Origin: an uncultured Desulfobacter sp.
Lineage (GTDB): Bacteria > Desulfobacterota > Desulfobacteria > Desulfobacterales > Desulfobacteraceae
Reading direction: 5' to 3'
NCBI GenBank assembly: GCA_963665095.1
Contig: OY762069.1
Location: forward strand, 320,001 to 384,000
DNA length: 64,000 nucleotides
The position numbers and the translations under genes are program-made. Below, one piece after another: positions 49,110 through 59,729 of this stretch (position 1 is the stretch's first letter; each line of letters starts with the position of its first letter). The notes below the pieces were generated by a model. The model ran no database searches and was not told the DNA's origin. It worked only from the letters and a program-made list of their open reading frames with translations.

Positions 49110-51194
49110 CTATTTTTTTTGTGAACTGATCGTGGCATGCGGGACCCATTTTTCCAATATATCCATCAAATCCTCCATCATAAATGGCTTGGTCAGACAA
49201 TCGTCCATACCTGCATTGAGACAATCGTCCTGGTCTTCAGCCATGGCATGGGCCGTGATGGCAATAATCGGCGTTCTGATGCCGGAGGATTTTTCAAGCC
49301 GTCTTATCTCCTGGGTAGCCTGGTAGCCGTCCATCTGCGGCATCTGGCAATCCATGAGAATAATATCCGGTTGGCGCATGACAAATTTTTCTTTTGCTTC
49401 AATACCGTTGGCAGCAATTTCCACCTGGCATCCAAAGGCCTCGAGCATGGCACTGAAGACTTCCTGGTTGGTGATATTGTCTTCGGCCACAAGCACATGG
49501 AATGCTCTATTTTCAGAATCCTTTCTGCGAATAGTGGGTTTGATGGCAGTTTCAGGTAAGGGATTTTTTAATTTTTTCAGCGGCAATACAAAGGAAAAGA
49601 TGCTCCCTATGCCTGGTTCACTGGTGCACCGGATGGTGCCGCCCATCAGGGAAATCAGATCTGATGAAATGGCCAGGCCAAGCCCTGTTCCACCGTATTT
49701 TCGGGTAAAAGATGCATCTGCTTGGGAAAAGGGTGTGAACAATGCTTTCTGAGCCTCCTGTGAGATGCCGATGCCGGTGTCTTTTATGGCAATGGTCAAC
49801 TCAACCCATTTATTGGGATTTAACACTTTTGGCCGTATATTCCCCCGGGCCGGACAGGTGGACACGGAGATGGTTACCCCGCCTTTCTCCGTAAACTTTA
49901 TGGCATTGCCTATAAGATTTATCAATATCTGTCTGATGCGTGTGGGATCTCCTTCCAGGAACAGATGGGCTTCTTTATGGATGTCAATGGTCAGGTCAAG
50001 ATTTTTACTCCGGGCAGAGGTCTCCAGAAGTGTCCGGATATCATAAATAAGGTCTGCCAGGTCAAAGGGGATGGATTCAACCTTGAGCTTTCCTGCCTCA
50101 ATTTTTGAGAAATCCAGAATATCGTTAATGATCTCCAGCAAAGCCAGGGCAGACTTTTGAATACCAGTGGCAAATTTTTCCTGATCGGTGGAGAGCGTTG
50201 AGGTGAGAAGAATTTCCGTCATGCCGATAATGCCATTCATGGGCGTCCGGATTTCATGGCTCATGTTGGCTAAAAATTGTGACTTAACCCGGCTGGCCTC
50301 TTCTGCCTTTTTCTGGGCTTTTTCCAGATGTCTGACTGTGGATTCAAGTTCCTCCTTGGCACGGGTCAGGTCTAATGTTCTTTGTTTTACCCGGGTCTCC
50401 AGCTGAGTGCTGTATGCATGCAGCGCTGCATCCCGTGCCTGGATCTCTTCAATCATTTTATTGAACTGCTCCATCAGGATGCCGAACTCATCGTGACTGT
50501 ATTTTTTGACCCGAACCTGATAGTTTTTCTGCCGGGTCACCTTTTTCATGGAATCAATGACGTCAAACAAAGGCCTTGTGAAAATGGACTGCATCCTGGA
50601 TGCAAGGATCAGAACCATGGCCAGTGTAATGGCAACAGTGCCGGCAACCATCAGGTAGTAGGCTTTAAGCCGTTTACCCTGTTGCTGCATATTGTCAATT
50701 AAATGAATGGCACCTAAAAAATTGCCTTCAAAACTCACCGGCAGGATTACATGAGTGTGGCTGTCTATGAATTTTGTGATCAGGTTTCTGGCAGCGATCA
50801 TTTCAATAAGGGGGTTGCCCGGTGTAACAACCTGTTTGATTTCATCGGTCAGGGAGTCAATTGGAGCCGGTCCCCTTGACCAGCTGGCATAAATATGTCC
50901 GCTGGCATCGTAAAGAGCCGCCCCAATAATCCCCTGTTTTGCTGACAGGGCGGAAAGGTCTTCCATGGCTGATGTCTGGTCGTTAAACATCATGGCAACG
51001 GCACTGTTCAGTGCCACAAGGTCTGCCATGGATATCAGTTCATCGATCAGATTTTTCTTGGCATTATTTGTTTCATAGGCCACCATGGCGCCGGCCACCA
51101 TAAAAAGAGCCATCAATGCCGTCAATCCAAGGCTCAGGATCAATTTTGTCCTGATGGAAACCGGGCGTTGGTTCGATTTGTGTTCAGCGGTCAT
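49110..51194 (-). CDS. Hybrid sensor histidine kinase (periplasmic CHASE-like, HAMP, HisKA, HATPase, REC)
   Basis: FLANMSHEIRTPMNG, NLIGNAIKFT, GGTGLGL, MDCQMP.MDG. Confidence 0.95.
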   Translation of the reverse strand: MTAEHKSNQRPVSIRTKLILSLGLTALMALFMVAGAMVAYETNNAKKNLIDELISMADLVALNSAVAMMFNDQTSAMEDLSALSAKQGIIGAALYDASGHIYASWSRGPAPIDSLTDEIKQVVTPGNPLIEMIAARNLITKFIDSHTHVILPVSFEGNFLGAIHLIDNMQQQGKRLKAYYLMVAGTVAITLAMVLILASRMQSIFTRPLFDVIDSMKKVTRQKNYQVRVKKYSHDEFGILMEQFNKMIEEIQARDAALHAYSTQLETRVKQRTLDLTRAKEELESTVRHLEKAQKKAEEASRVKSQFLANMSHEIRTPMNGIIGMTEILLTSTLSTDQEKFATGIQKSALALLEIINDILDFSKIEAGKLKVESIPFDLADLIYDIRTLLETSARSKNLDLTIDIHKEAHLFLEGDPTRIRQILINLIGNAIKFTEKGGVTISVSTCPARGNIRPKVLNPNKWVELTIAIKDTGIGISQEAQKALFTPFSQADASFTRKYGGTGLGLAISSDLISLMGGTIRCTSEPGIGSIFSFVLPLKKLKNPLPETAIKPTIRRKDSENRAFHVLVAEDNITNQEVFSAMLEAFGCQVEIAANGIEAKEKFVMRQPDIILMDCQMPQMDGYQATQEIRRLEKSSGIRTPIIAITAHAMAEDQDDCLNAGMDDCLTKPFMMEDLMDILEKWVPHATISSQKK

Positions 51195-51799
51195 TTTTCT
51201 TCACTTACGATGACGGCCAGTTTTAAAAGCCTTGAACTGAATTTAATATCATGGGCTTGCGCATTTTTGAGGTTGACCTCAAAATGCAGGCGGTCATTTT
51301 TTTTAATAAATTGAATAATGCCTCCCCTCCGGCTGAAGTTTTTCTCTTCACCAATAGTGAGAATCGGCCTGTTTTCAGTGGCGTTAATAATTCGGGAAAC
51401 CTTTTCTGCATCCATCTGGCTGCTGATGAAAACAATCTGGCATTGGGAAAGTTCTGTCTCAAGGTCCAAGGCGTCAGGTTCGGGTGTAAAAATTCTGATG
51501 GTTCGATCGGCACTGGTTTTCCCGTCTATGGATTGAAAAAGGGTTTTTACATGGTCACTGCCGAATACGGCGATATTAAACGGTTGGGATTTTCCTTTAA
51601 ATGCCGATTTCGGCCATTGGGTCAACTGGGTGAAATTATAAACAAAGGCGGCTTTAACAGCATACTCTTCAGGTGCCTGAGACTCGGCAGATTGGGGGCC
51701 TCCAAACGTCAGAACAAGACAGCTGAAAGTCGCAAGAAGCAGTTGTTTTATTAAACAATCAAAAGGGCTGCATCTGCTTTTTTGTCCCTGAAAATACAT
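51191..51799 (-). CDS. YfiR / DUF4154 family periplasmic protein
   Basis: EYAVKAAFVYNF....WP, FEVN...A.....SSRLLKLA. Confidence 0.9.
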   Translation of the reverse strand: MYFQGQKSRCSPFDCLIKQLLLATFSCLVLTFGGPQSAESQAPEEYAVKAAFVYNFTQLTQWPKSAFKGKSQPFNIAVFGSDHVKTLFQSIDGKTSADRTIRIFTPEPDALDLETELSQCQIVFISSQMDAEKVSRIINATENRPILTIGEEKNFSRRGGIIQFIKKNDRLHFEVNLKNAQAHDIKFSSRLLKLAVIVSEEK

Positions 51800-51802
51800 A
51801 TC

Positions 51803-53842
51803 TTATAGCTTAAACGTTACGCCTGCATAAACAGAGCGGGATACTTCCACAGGATAGCTGAACGCTTCCTGGACAAATTCGAGGTGGCTGTCTTCCAGCA
51901 GGTTCTGGCCGACCAGGAAAAATTCCAGGTCGGGACGTATCTTCCATCCTAAACGCAGGTCCAGGGTGGTATAGTCGTCAATATCGTAAATAGCGTCAGA
52001 ATTAAGCCCATACGTCGCTTTGGTTTTGCCCACATATCGAAGCCATGTATCCAGGGTCAGGTTCTGCAGCAGATCATATCTGTACCTTAATGATGCCTGG
52101 TGTCTGGTGAATCCAAAATCCAGTTCAAAATCCTCGTCGTTGTCATAGGAGTGGCGGGTAAAACTGTATGCCAGAGTCCATTTGGTTTTTTTACCCGTGG
52201 CCAGGTCCATGGAAAGTTCTGCTCCCCAGGAGTGTGCATTGGACATGTTGCTCAGCTCAATTTCCTGTATGAGGATATTATTCTGTGCGTCATAATAGGG
52301 GCTGTCTACCGGGGCGTAAATTCTTAACTTTTCATAATCATTATAAAATAGGGCAAGGTCTAAGGAAAATTGAGCACCATGGATAAACCGGTATCCGGCC
52401 TCATATGCCCAAAGCGTTTCCTCTTCCTGGTCCTCATTATTCAGAAATCGGCTGTACAAAGGAATTCCGTATGCCGTATCCTGGCCGGAAATCCAGATCG
52501 AGGCATTGGTTTCCACCCGTGAGGGAATTCTTACCGCCCGTGATACTGCCGTCCACACCCTGTGATGTTCACCTGGAATCCACATCAGTCGTGATGTGGG
52601 TTGACATTCAAATCCGGTGTAGTCATTGTGTTCAAATTTGGATCCTATGGTCAGCTTGACCTGATTGTCCAGCATGGAGATTTCATCCTGGATAAATGCG
52701 GAGTAGAGATTGTCCCTGGTGCTGACTGGGTCTATGACTGCTATTTTTGAGCCGTTGAAATTATCCTTTGAAATTCTCAGTCGCAAACCCCATATAATAT
52801 CATTGACATCCAGTAATCCAAACCGGTGCTGGAAATCCATATCAAAGTTCTTGCGATCCTCATTCAGGATATCCTCATACCGTTTCATTGCATCGTAATA
52901 CATCTGAAGGGACATCTCTGAATTCCCTGACAGGGTTCTGGTCCAGCGGCCAAGTATATTTCCACCGGATACGTTGGTCTTTGTCGGAAAATCATCCATA
53001 TAGGGGGAGGATTCGCTGATGAGATAAAGATCCTGATGGATATGTCCGTTGTAAACATCTCCCTGGAGAGTCACACTGTCCGACGGCGTCAGGCCTGCGT
53101 CCATCCTGAAGCCTGCCTGGTTCATCATCCAGTCATCACCGGCGTCCTCACCGGACACACGTTCAAATTCATCCCTGTCCCGGTGCTGGGCATACAACCG
53201 CCAGGAAATATCCTTGCCAATGGTATCGCCATACCTTACGGCAGCCATGTTTTTTTCTACGGTACCCAGGGATGCCTGCACAAATCCTCCCTGCGTGTCC
53301 CTGGAAGAGCGGGTGATGATATTGATCACTCCGTTTACGGCGTTGGACCCCCAGACAGTGGCCCCGGGCCCCCGGATCACTTCGATGCGGTCCACATCTT
53401 CCAGCAGCACATCGGTTACCTCCCAGTAAACGCCTGAAAAACTTGGCGTGTAGACGCTGCGTCCGTCAACAAGTACCTGGAGACTGGGAGAAAACCGGCT
53501 GTTAAAACCCCGGCAGTTCACTGCCCATTTATTGCTGTCGATGCGTGCCACATTCACCCCGGGAACCATGCGCAGGGCATCGGGGATGTTTGTGATCCCG
53601 GAACGTCTGATTTCGTCACGGGTGATGACAAAGACTGCGGCAGCACTGTCAGACAGCCGCTGGCTTTTTTTATTCACGGAAGTGACCTTGATATTCATGA
53701 GCTCTTCTATGGAAAACTGTGTCAGGTCCTGGTCCGGGGATCCGGCACAGACCACCTGCACATCACCCACTACAAGGCACAGGACAATCAGGCACAACAG
53801 ATATATATTTTTAAGATATACATTCAAGGGCTTTTCCCTCAC
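51803..53842 (-). CDS. TonB-dependent receptor
   Basis: SIEELMNIKVTS, plug domain LVDGRSVY, RIEVIRGPG....GSNAVNGVINIIT, terminal beta strand. Confidence 0.93.
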   Translation of the reverse strand: MREKPLNVYLKNIYLLCLIVLCLVVGDVQVVCAGSPDQDLTQFSIEELMNIKVTSVNKKSQRLSDSAAAVFVITRDEIRRSGITNIPDALRMVPGVNVARIDSNKWAVNCRGFNSRFSPSLQVLVDGRSVYTPSFSGVYWEVTDVLLEDVDRIEVIRGPGATVWGSNAVNGVINIITRSSRDTQGGFVQASLGTVEKNMAAVRYGDTIGKDISWRLYAQHRDRDEFERVSGEDAGDDWMMNQAGFRMDAGLTPSDSVTLQGDVYNGHIHQDLYLISESSPYMDDFPTKTNVSGGNILGRWTRTLSGNSEMSLQMYYDAMKRYEDILNEDRKNFDMDFQHRFGLLDVNDIIWGLRLRISKDNFNGSKIAVIDPVSTRDNLYSAFIQDEISMLDNQVKLTIGSKFEHNDYTGFECQPTSRLMWIPGEHHRVWTAVSRAVRIPSRVETNASIWISGQDTAYGIPLYSRFLNNEDQEEETLWAYEAGYRFIHGAQFSLDLALFYNDYEKLRIYAPVDSPYYDAQNNILIQEIELSNMSNAHSWGAELSMDLATGKKTKWTLAYSFTRHSYDNDEDFELDFGFTRHQASLRYRYDLLQNLTLDTWLRYVGKTKATYGLNSDAIYDIDDYTTLDLRLGWKIRPDLEFFLVGQNLLEDSHLEFVQEAFSYPVEVSRSVYAGVTFKL

Positions 53843-54016
53843 TGGGTTATGAAACGGTTATCCGGATCTGGAAGGATAAGCTTTCCATAAGATTTGCCGT
53901 TCAGGCAGAGCAATCGGCTTGAATTAAAATCTGCTTAAGTCGATTATTTATGAATCTATTACATTCATATCATTTTTTAACGTGTAACCCCGTTATTGTC
54001 AATTGTTTCTAGGCAT

Positions 54017-54743
54017 CCGGGGAGGGTAACCGCATTAATAATAATACACGTAATCTCCAATAAAGTTGAATGCAAATCTGCGGTTCAACCCGTTCCGGCC
54101 CACCTGCCTGCCGTTCGCTGAAATCCGTTTGCACAACTTCTAAATTTGCTACGCTAAACTGCAAAAACTGCGGTCCAGTTGGTCCTCAAACAGTTGTAAG
54201 ATGCTCACTTGCAGGCAGGTCCTCAAACAGTTGTAAGCATAAGCTTCTCTTCGAGCGCAGTTCTTAACGCTGCGCTGCATTAAGAGTTTGTAGCAAACGA
54301 ATCCCTGATGCTCACTTGCAGGCAGGTGGGCCTCCACTGGAGGACCTTAACAAAATCACGGATGGTTTTCCCTTGCCTTGAGAAATTTTAGAAAGCATCA
54401 GAGAAACGATATTTTATTGTGGTTGCCCGTCTCTATCCTGGGGTAATGCCAAATGCGTAGCGAAGAGGCTTTGGGCAGGCTGTGTGGCGCGTTAAGCTGG
54501 AATTTTTACAGCCTTTTAATGCGGCGGCGCGGTTAAAAGAAAAAGCTGTCTGACCGAAGGGAGTTTTTTTCAGCAAAGCGGAATTTAAAGGCTGTTAAGA
54601 ATCTTTGCCTGCGGAACAACAGCCTGCCCAACGCCGGATTGGAATTTGAAAGGGGGGATGAAAAAAATAGGGGACAGAGAGGAGTCTACTTTATTAAATT
54701 GATTCTTGATTTTTTATGCCGGGGAGGGGTAATCTCCAATAAA
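54017..54743. repeat. Intergenic repeat complex: two long nested hairpins bracketed by direct repeats
   Basis: CCGGGGAGGG and GTAATCTCCAATAAA at both ends; GGCCCACCTGCCTGC/GCAGGCAGGTGGGCC and TTGGGCAGGCTGT/ACAGCCTGCCCAA inverted repeats. Confidence 0.7.
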
Positions 54744-54858
54744 ATTTTTCTCAGTGGTTCAAGGCAGACACAATATGTACTGGCCGGATATTTTCAGAAA
54801 AAGCGTTTATAAATATCATTGCGCGGTCTGCTTTACTGAAAGCAAAGTTGAATAAAAA

Positions 54859-54895
54859 TGAAAAAGGCAGAGCCATTATGGTCCCGCCTTTTTCA
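54859..54895 (-). terminator. Terminator after the PEP-CTERM gene
   Basis: TGAAAAAGGC...GCCTTTTTCA with an adjacent A run on the plus strand. Confidence 0.6.
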
Positions 54896-54917
54896 AGCGA
54901 TTAATATTTTAGAACTT

Positions 54918-55517
54918 TTATTGTTTTTTCTTTCTTGATGCTCCTGCAGTACCTAATAGACCAATGCCGAAAAGAATCATTGTGGCGGGTTCAGGAACGG
55001 GATTAGGTGTCCATTTAGCATATAAGAAACTTGTATTGTCATGATCCAAATTCCATAGTACTTCTGCATAGGCTCCGCTAAAGACCTCGTCGTTTGAAGC
55101 AGAGTTTAAAGCTTCTACGACCCAAACAGCATCAAAGGTCTCTGTCCCTCCTGATGGGGTATTATTTGTAATTTCCAATTCTAGTTCATAGGGTGTTAAA
55201 ATGTAAACTTGATTGTGTGTTACATTAATTATATCCCAAGGTTGTGAATCAAACAGATTAACTCCAGCATCAATTAGCACCTGGTCTAACAATGACTGGC
55301 TTGCAATTTGGGCATCACTGATGGTTGTAAAGGCAAAGTTATAATCTGGACCCCAGATATTCTGTGCTGTATCTTTCACAAATTCAACGTCATAAAAATT
55401 TCCATTCACTTCAACACCTGTGGCACCCAATAATTTTCCGCTCCCGTCAATATCAAGCATTACAGCTTGCGAATAAGTTGAAAAAGCAACAACCCATAAA
55501 AAAGAATAAGTTAAAAA
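54918..55517 (-). pseudogene. PEP-CTERM sorting-domain surface protein, 5' end disrupted
   Basis: C-terminal VPEPATMILFGIGLLGTAGASRKK; signal peptide start MKKFLLIL lies at 56331, beyond an IS4 remnant. Confidence 0.85.
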
Positions 55518-55521
55518 TAAT

Positions 55522-56242
55522 CAGTAAGGTTGTTGCATATAAAAAATATCTAAAATTATTCAAAAAACGTCAATGACAAATGTGCGTAAAAATTTTTGCG
55601 CGCCTTGAAAAATTTTATTGACGCGCATTTCAATTACCAAAGCCATCTGAATTTTGACAAGTTCCGCAGGTCGCTTCCACAAGCACCAGAATTGCAATCT
55701 CGAGGAGACCGACCTTTAAAAATGACATTCGAAGACCTTGCCCTGATTTATTTTCATCTGCAGGAACACAAATCAGCCCGGCATTTAGTCCAAGATCTCA
55801 AGGAAAATATGCCAAAGAACATATTGCTCCGGAAGGCGGTATCAGCCGCAGCAGCTTTTGTGAAGCAGTCAACCACCGAGGGCTTGAACAACTGCAAAAG
55901 ATCTTTTAAACAGGCTGTTGGGTGCCTGCCAAAGGAGCATGCCGAGTTGGGCGATCTGGTTTCCATTGACGGCAGCCTTATAAATGCCGTCCTTTCTGCA
56001 TTGGGCAAACTACAGGAAAGGAAGTAAAAAAGCCAAAGCGCATTATTTGACATAAATCACGGCATTCCAAACAAAATATTTCAACGGCGGGGAGCGCCCT
56101 TTTGTCCCAAAGATACTTACCGAGGGGCAAACAGGTGTTTTGGCTATCATCACATCACGATTTTGACTTGCTCAGGCACAAGGCAAGCATTTTGTTTGCC
56201 GTATAAAAGCCAAAACAACCAGAACGGTAATTGAGACTCACG
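55522..56242 (+). mobile_element. Degraded/truncated IS4-family transposase fragment
   Basis: Fragments LIYFHLQEHKSARHL.QDLKE, SRSSFCEA, LVSIDGSLI.A, FDINHGIP, HFVCRIK scattered across frames; boundaries approximate. Confidence 0.75.
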
Positions 56243-56523
56243 ATTTTCCGCTCCCGTCAACTATGGCAGCATTACAGCTTGCTATGAAAAAGCAACAACC
56301 CATAAAAAAGAATAAGTAAAAATTTTTTCATTGCATCTCCTTATATAATTAAATTTATCGCTTTTAATTTTCCCCTTTCAAAAACTCTTACACGATCTAT
56401 TTGTTTTTTCGGGAAAAATCTATTGGTAGAAATGCGTATTTAGAGGGTTATAAAATCTGACGGGATAATTCTGATTCAGTATTCCCTCGATGTGATCTTT
56501 TAGCTGATGATATATCAGATGAC

Positions 56524-56677
56524 AGAATCGCTGTTAGGGAAGGTGTCAGGCCGAACGGCAGGGGCTTGCGAATACGAAAGTTCAGGCGTAAAAAACAAGC
56601 AGAATCGCTGTTAGGGAAGGTGTCAGGCCGAACGGCAGGGGCTTGCGAATACGAAAGTTCAGGCGTAAAAAACAAGC
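56524..56677. repeat. Exact 77-bp tandem duplication
   Basis: AGAATCGCTGTTAGGG...AAAAAACAAGC at 56524-56600 and 56601-56677. Confidence 0.95.
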
Positions 56678-56793
56678 GATAGTTTTCATGGTGAATCTGA
56701 AAACGGGACCTTTTTTAGTTGTGGCTACCTTTCCAAATAATATTTAGTGTTGTATATTTATTTTAATTGTTTCATTTAAAGGGAAATTTAAGC

Positions 56794-57054
56794 ATGACTG
56801 AAACAAAAAAAAATGTCAGTTTTTCATTGGGTGCGCGTGACCGTGCATTTATTGAAAGCCAGGTGGAACATGGTCGTTTTGGTAATAGAACAGAAGTTGT
56901 AAGGGCAGGGTTGCGTCTTTTGGAAGACTATGAGTATAGACAAAAGCTACAGCGTTTACGGACTGAAATTGCAAAGGGCGATGCAGATATAAAAGCCGGG
57001 CGGGTAACTGAATATGACAGTGCAACCTCTCTATTCAATGACATCATGGTCTAA
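56794..57054 (+). CDS. ParD-like (ribbon-helix-helix) antitoxin
   Basis: SFSLG....FI..QV..GRFGN..EVVRAGLRLLE...LR.EI..G. Confidence 0.9.
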   Translation: MTETKKNVSFSLGARDRAFIESQVEHGRFGNRTEVVRAGLRLLEDYEYRQKLQRLRTEIAKGDADIKAGRVTEYDSATSLFNDIMV

Positions 57055-57066
57055 AATAAGGTAGGT

Positions 57067-57368
57067 ATGACATTAAATCCTTTAGTTTAATCCTGACTGA
57101 TCAGGCTGTAGCAGATTTAAAGGATATTCGAGACGTTATTGCCCGGGAAAATCCAAGCGCATCATCATTTATTAAGGATCTTACGGATAAGTTAAAAGAC
57201 CTTTCAGATAAGGGGGCTACCGGCTCACCAAGGGACTGGGTAAGCACAGGATTAAGGGGATTTCCTTACAAAGGGCGTTGTTTTTATTTCCGAATTATCA
57301 AAGACAAAATGATTGTGGTCCGAATACTTCATGGGAAACAGGATGTCACGGCACAATCCTTCTTCTAA
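57067..57368 (+). pseudogene. ParE-family toxin lacking an in-frame ATG (frameshift near start)
   Basis: Frame reads ILTDQAVADLKDIRDVIARENPSA...G.PRDWVSTGLRGFPY...FYF......VVRILHGKQD; the ATG at 57067 is out of frame. Confidence 0.82.
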
Positions 57369-57579
57369 ACAGGAAATCCGTAAAGATCATAAGAGAAACA
57401 GGGTTGCAAGAAACCCAAAAATTAAAGTTGCTCTCCAATTACCTTTATGGACGGTACCCTAATATCATGCCGGATTATAAATGCAAAGACCCTGGGCATC
57501 CAGGACATTTGCCGGGAGATAGGAGTGCTTTCCGGCAGGTTGTGTTAAGGAAAAAGCATGCAAAAACTGGTTAGCACAT

Positions 57580-58578
57580 TTAATGTGATACCTTTTCAAG
57601 AAGGGTGTGATAGGCATTGTTGAGCGTGACAAAGGTGTCATGGTCGCCGCCGGTATCCGGATGGTGCTGCCTGGCAAGACGCCTGAAGGTCCGGGTCAGT
57701 TCCTTTTTCCCCATGGTTTTAAGTTCCCTGGCAGTGAGATTAAACATTTTGAAGGCCTGGGACAGGGGCATATCAGACGCAGGCTTTCCGGGGCGAAAAA
57801 ATCGGCTGTTTTGCCGGAATTGAAAATTTTTGACCATATCATCCAGAAGGACGGTGTCGCCGTAACTGTGGTCAAAAAACATGATGGCATACCGGATCAG
57901 GTAATCATGCAGATGGGAGGTCAGATTAAAAAGGGACTTATTCAACAGACAAAGTTCCTGGATAAAAAACGACTCCACCTTTTCCTGATCCAGGGCATGG
58001 GGCATCTTTCTGGCCATAAATCCCTGGAAAAATCGCTGGAGATCAAACACGGTATACACATAGGACTTAAGATCCCTTTTCCTCAACACCCGTTCCTGAT
58101 CCATGAACCGTTGTTCTATTTCATCCCTGGATTTATTGTGACATTGTCTGAAAACCGCTGCCGGCATATTGACAAGGGGCCCCTGATCCATATTGCCGAA
58201 TTTCAGGAAGTGTGCCCGGCGTTTGTCAAAGGTGTGAACCTCTCCGGAAATGACCAGTTTCTCTTCCTTTGTCAGGGGGGTATAGGCTGTAAAGGCGCGC
58301 TGTCTGAAGGTCTGGGTTGCCCTGCGGATGGCAGGCCGGATAAAGGGCCAGAACAGATCTTCAAGCCGGCTGCTGTCGAATTCTTTGGCAAGGCATGAGA
58401 TCCGATCTTCCAGATCCGGGCTCAGATACCAGGCATTGCCCCCGGGATAATCGATCCATGCGCCGGGGCAGGGGCCTAAATCAAAGATGTCCCGGGCCAC
58501 CATGTGATCGCCCCGTTTGACTGACTCTCGCAAAATATAGGTTGTCTGCCTGTTTATATTTACCTTTGCCAGATACAT
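57580..58578 (-). CDS. Protein with C-terminal DnaJ (J) domain
   Basis: FRRLARQHHPDTGGDHDTFVTLNNAY. Confidence 0.85.
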   Translation of the reverse strand: MYLAKVNINRQTTYILRESVKRGDHMVARDIFDLGPCPGAWIDYPGGNAWYLSPDLEDRISCLAKEFDSSRLEDLFWPFIRPAIRRATQTFRQRAFTAYTPLTKEEKLVISGEVHTFDKRRAHFLKFGNMDQGPLVNMPAAVFRQCHNKSRDEIEQRFMDQERVLRKRDLKSYVYTVFDLQRFFQGFMARKMPHALDQEKVESFFIQELCLLNKSLFNLTSHLHDYLIRYAIMFFDHSYGDTVLLDDMVKNFQFRQNSRFFRPGKPASDMPLSQAFKMFNLTARELKTMGKKELTRTFRRLARQHHPDTGGDHDTFVTLNNAYHTLLEKVSH

Positions 58579-58583
58579 CGTTG

Positions 58584-59729
58584 TTATCCGTGGGCGCCTG
58601 AGTTCTTATAAGCAAGGGTTTCCAAGGTTACCAGGTTGTACTTGCGGGTACCAAGACCGATATCTTCAGCATACTTGAGCTGGTGTTCCCAGTCCACATA
58701 GGGATAAAGCCCTTTAAACTTGTCTTCTCCCGGGGCCAGGTGGGTAGTCAGAACGGAATTGGGAAGGCCCTGCTGCTGGTTGACCAGATCGGCACAGGCC
58801 TGGTCAATGGCCACCGGGTCTGAAGAGGCCACCACCCCGATGTTGTTGCAGATAGGGGCTTCGGCATAGGGCAGGCAGTCGCATTTGGGGGATACATCGG
58901 TGATAAAATTGACAAACAGACATTTGCCGGCCTTGTTTTTAAGGACGCCTGCGGTATATTCCATCATTTTTTCAAGAAACACCGGTACATCCTGGTTCCA
59001 GTTGATGTTGATGGATTGCGTGGGGCAGCGCACAATGCATTCGGCACAGCCAATGCAGTCATCCTTGTTAATATAGGCTTTTTTTTCTTCAATATAGATG
59101 GCGTCACCGGGGCAGTGCCGGGCACACAGCCCGCACCCGATGCAGGTTTTCCTTTTTACCTTCGGGCTGACATTGGAGTGCTGGTCCAGCTTTCCCCTGC
59201 GGGAGGCACACCCCATGCCTAAATTTTTCAGGGTCCCTCCGAATCCGGACAGCTCATGCCCTTTAAAATGGGCCACAGAAACAATGGCATTGGCGTTGAC
59301 AATCTCCGATCCGATGAACACCTCCTTGTTATGCTTCAGCCCCACTGTCACAGCAGTTTCACTTTTACCAAACAAACCGTCTGCAATGATCAGAGGGGCG
59401 CCGTCCATGGAAGAATAGGAAAAACCATTTTCCACCGCCGTTTTGATATGTGATACTGCATCAGACCGGGTGCCGACGTACAGTGTGTTGGCATCGGTGA
59501 GAAAGGGTGCGGCACCTGCTTTTCTGATGGCCCGGATAACTTTACGGATAAATATCGGCCGGATATAGGCGGTATTTCCCTGCTCTCCAAAGTGGATCTT
59601 TACGGCTGTCAGATCATTATCATCCACGATATTGGAGAGCCCTGCCGTCGTCAGCAGTCGTTCCAGTTTGGCCGGCAGGTTTTCCCTTGATGTGGCTGTC
59701 ATATCCATGAAAAATACATCCGCCCCCAT
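58584..59729 (-). CDS. DUF362 family Fe-S protein with 2x[4Fe-4S] ferredoxin domain
   Basis: AVKIHFGE.GN, HFKGH...GFGGTLKNLGMGC, two CxxCxxCxxxCP, DPVAIDQA. Confidence 0.9.
   Translation of the reverse strand: MGADVFFMDMTATSRENLPAKLERLLTTAGLSNIVDDNDLTAVKIHFGEQGNTAYIRPIFIRKVIRAIRKAGAAPFLTDANTLYVGTRSDAVSHIKTAVENGFSYSSMDGAPLIIADGLFGKSETAVTVGLKHNKEVFIGSEIVNANAIVSVAHFKGHELSGFGGTLKNLGMGCASRRGKLDQHSNVSPKVKRKTCIGCGLCARHCPGDAIYIEEKKAYINKDDCIGCAECIVRCPTQSININWNQDVPVFLEKMMEYTAGVLKNKAGKCLFVNFITDVSPKCDCLPYAEAPICNNIGVVASSDPVAIDQACADLVNQQQGLPNSVLTTHLAPGEDKFKGLYPYVDWEHQLKYAEDIGLGTRKYNLVTLETLAYKNSGAHG

Noticed and set aside
54180..56677. CRISPR array from the repeated units at 54181-54330 and 56524-56677
   Set aside because: Only two copies each, no regular unique spacers and no cas genes.
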